64,000 bases of DNA, taken from NCBI GenBank assembly GCA_964016885.1, contig OZ024740.1:39246001-39310000 (forward strand), written 5' to 3'. The notes beneath the pieces are model-generated. The model was not told the origin of the DNA, did no database searches, and saw only the letters and a list, made by a program, of their open reading frames with translations. This document shows, one piece after another, positions 61,801 to 64,000 of the stretch. The stretch comes from Eledone cirrhosa. Lineage: Eukaryota. The translations under genes and the position numbers were made by a program. How positions within the stretch are numbered: position 1 is the stretch's first letter; each line of letters begins with the position of its first letter.

Positions 61801-64000
61801 TACATTACTACTGTTATATAGTTACAATACTACTGTTATATTATTACAATACTACACTATATAGTTACAATACTACTGTTATATAGTTACAATACTACTT
61901 TTATATAGTTAAATATACTACTGTTATATAGTTACAATACTACACTATATAGTTACAATACTACTGTTATATAGTTACAATACTACTGTTATATAGTTAC
62001 AATACTACTTTTATATAGTTAAATATACTACTGTTATATAGTTACAATACTACACTATATAGTTACAATACCACTGTTATATAGTAAAAATACTACTGTT
62101 ATATAGTTACAATACTACTGTTATATAGTTACAATACTACTGTTATATAGTTACAATACTACACTATATAGTTACAATACTACTGTTATATAGTTACAAT
62201 ACTACTGTTATATAGATACAATACTACTGTTATATAGTTACAATACTACACTATATAGTTACGATACTGCTGTTATATAGTTACAATACTATTCTATATA
62301 GTTATAATACTACTGTTATATAGATACAATACTACTGTTATATAGTTACAAAACCAGTGTTATATATAGTTACAATACTACTGTTATATAGTTACAATAC
62401 TACACTATATAGTTACAATATTACTCTTATATAGTTACAATACTACTGTTATATTGTTACAATACTACTGTTATATAGTTACAATACTACTGTTATATAT
62501 AGTTACAATACTACTGTTATATAGTTACAATACTACACTATATAGTTACAATATTACTCTTATATAGTTACAATACTACTGTTATATAGTTACAATACTA
62601 CTGTTATATATAGTTACAATGCTACACTCTATAGTTACAATACTACTGCTATATACTTACAATACTACTGATATATAGATATAATGCTACACTATATAGT
62701 TACAATACTACTGTTATATAGTTATAATACTACTGTCATATAGTTACAATACTACACTATATAGTTACATTACTACTGTTATATAGTTACAATACTACTG
62801 TTATATAGTTACAATACTACACTATATAGTTACAATACTACTGTTATATAGTTACAATACTACACTATATATTTACAATACTACTCTTATATAGTTACAA
62901 TACTACTGTTATATAGTTACAATACTAGACTATATAGTTACAATTCTACTGTTATATAGTTACAATACTACACTATATAGTTACAATACTACTGTTATAT
63001 AGTTACAATACTACTGTTATATAGTTACAATACTACACTATATAGTTACAATACTACTGTTATATAGTTCCAATACTACACTATATAGTTACAATGCTTC
63101 TGCTATATAGTAACAATACTACTGTTATATAGTTACAATCCTACTGTTATATAGTTACAATACTACTGTTATATAGTTACAATACTACTGTTATATAGTT
63201 ACAATACTACTGTTATATAGTTACAATACTACTGTTATATAGTTACAATACTACTGTTATATAGTTACAATACTAGACTATATAGTTACAATATTACATT
63301 ATATAGTTACGTTACTACTGTTATATAGTTACAATACTACTGTTATATAGTTACAATACTACTGTTATATAGTCACAATACTACTGTTATATAGATACAA
63401 TACTACTGTTATATAGTTACAATACTACATTATATAGTTACATTACTACTGTTATATAGTTACAATACTACTGTTATATAGTTACAATACTACTGTTATA
63501 GAGTCACAATACTACTGTTATATAGTTACAATACTACTGTTATATAGTTACAATACTACCTTATATAGTTACAATACTACTGTTATATAGTTGCAATACT
63601 ACACTATATAGTTACAATACTACTGTTATATAGTTACAATACTACCGTTATATAGTGACAATACTACTGTTATATAGTTACAATACTACACTATATAGTT
63701 ACAATACAACTGTTATATAGTTACAATACTACTGTTATATTGTTACAATACTACCGTTATATAGTTACAATACTACTGTTATATAGTTACAATACTACTG
63801 TCATATAGTTACAATACTACACTATATAGTTACAATACTACACTATATAGTTACAATACTACTGTTATATAGTTACAATACTACTGTTATATAGTTACAA
63901 TACTACTGTTATATAGTTACGATACTACACTATATAGTTACAATACTACTGTTATATAGTTACAATACTACTGTTATATAGTTACAATACTACTGTTGTA
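58773..64000 (-). repeat. Same 22-bp satellite in reverse-complement orientation (GTTACAATACTACTGTTATATA on + strand), more diverged sub-array
   Basis: From ~58775 the + strand reads TTATATATAGTTACAATGCTACACTATATAGTTACAATACTACTG..., the reverse complement of the same monomer types. It continues to the window end, about 240 monomers. Confidence 0.99.
58775..63080 (-). repeat. Diverged duplication in the inverted arm, offset ~3.83 kb (~58775-59250 vs ~62605-63080)
   Basis: Both copies share the ordered variants ATGCTACAC, CTGCTATA, TTATAATACTACTGTCAT (GTCAT at 58906/62735), TATATTTACAATACTACTCTT, CTAGACT and CAATTCTACT, with several private substitutions between them. Confidence 0.8.

Noticed and set aside
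1-64000. CRISPR array
   Set aside because: The repeats are directly head-to-tail with no unique spacers, no leader and no cas genes.
1-64000. Telomeric repeat or telomere-fusion site (long yeast-type telomere units are of similar length)
   Set aside because: There are no G runs and little G/C strand skew. Inherited ordered variants and kb-scale duplications indicate recombinational amplification rather than telomerase templating. A telomere-associated location cannot be excluded.
58735-64000. Inverted arm as a simple fold-back or chimeric read artefact
   Set aside because: A fold-back would mirror the left-arm variants exactly, but the right arm has a different variant order and spectrum. 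A contig mis-join remains possible.
1-64000. TATATAA in each monomer as TATA-box promoters
   Set aside because: The motif is an intrinsic part of an AT-rich monomer, with no downstream gene or other evidence of promoter function.

Overview
The whole 64 kb window is one AT-rich (~23% GC) tandem satellite array of roughly 2,900 monomers, typical of eukaryotic heterochromatic or (peri)centromeric DNA. The species cannot be identified from the sequence. The consensus monomer is 22 bp (TATATAACAGTAGTATTGTAAC), with a common 21-bp variant (TATATAGTGTAGTATTGTAAC) and 19-25 bp slippage variants. I see no genes, RNAs, CRISPR arrays or transposons, and the single ORF is a repeat artefact. The notable features are structural: (1) an orientation switch at ~58772, with the last ~5.2 kb reverse-complemented and more diverged; (2) a 20-bp fold-back inversion at 40717-40736 forming a perfect 16-bp hairpin, coupled to a local duplication; (3) nested near-identical duplications with variable offsets (152 bp to 7.6 kb) instead of one fixed higher-order repeat; (4) diagnostic variants confined to regions and apparently accumulating stepwise along the array. 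Coordinates were read by eye and block edges are approximate.
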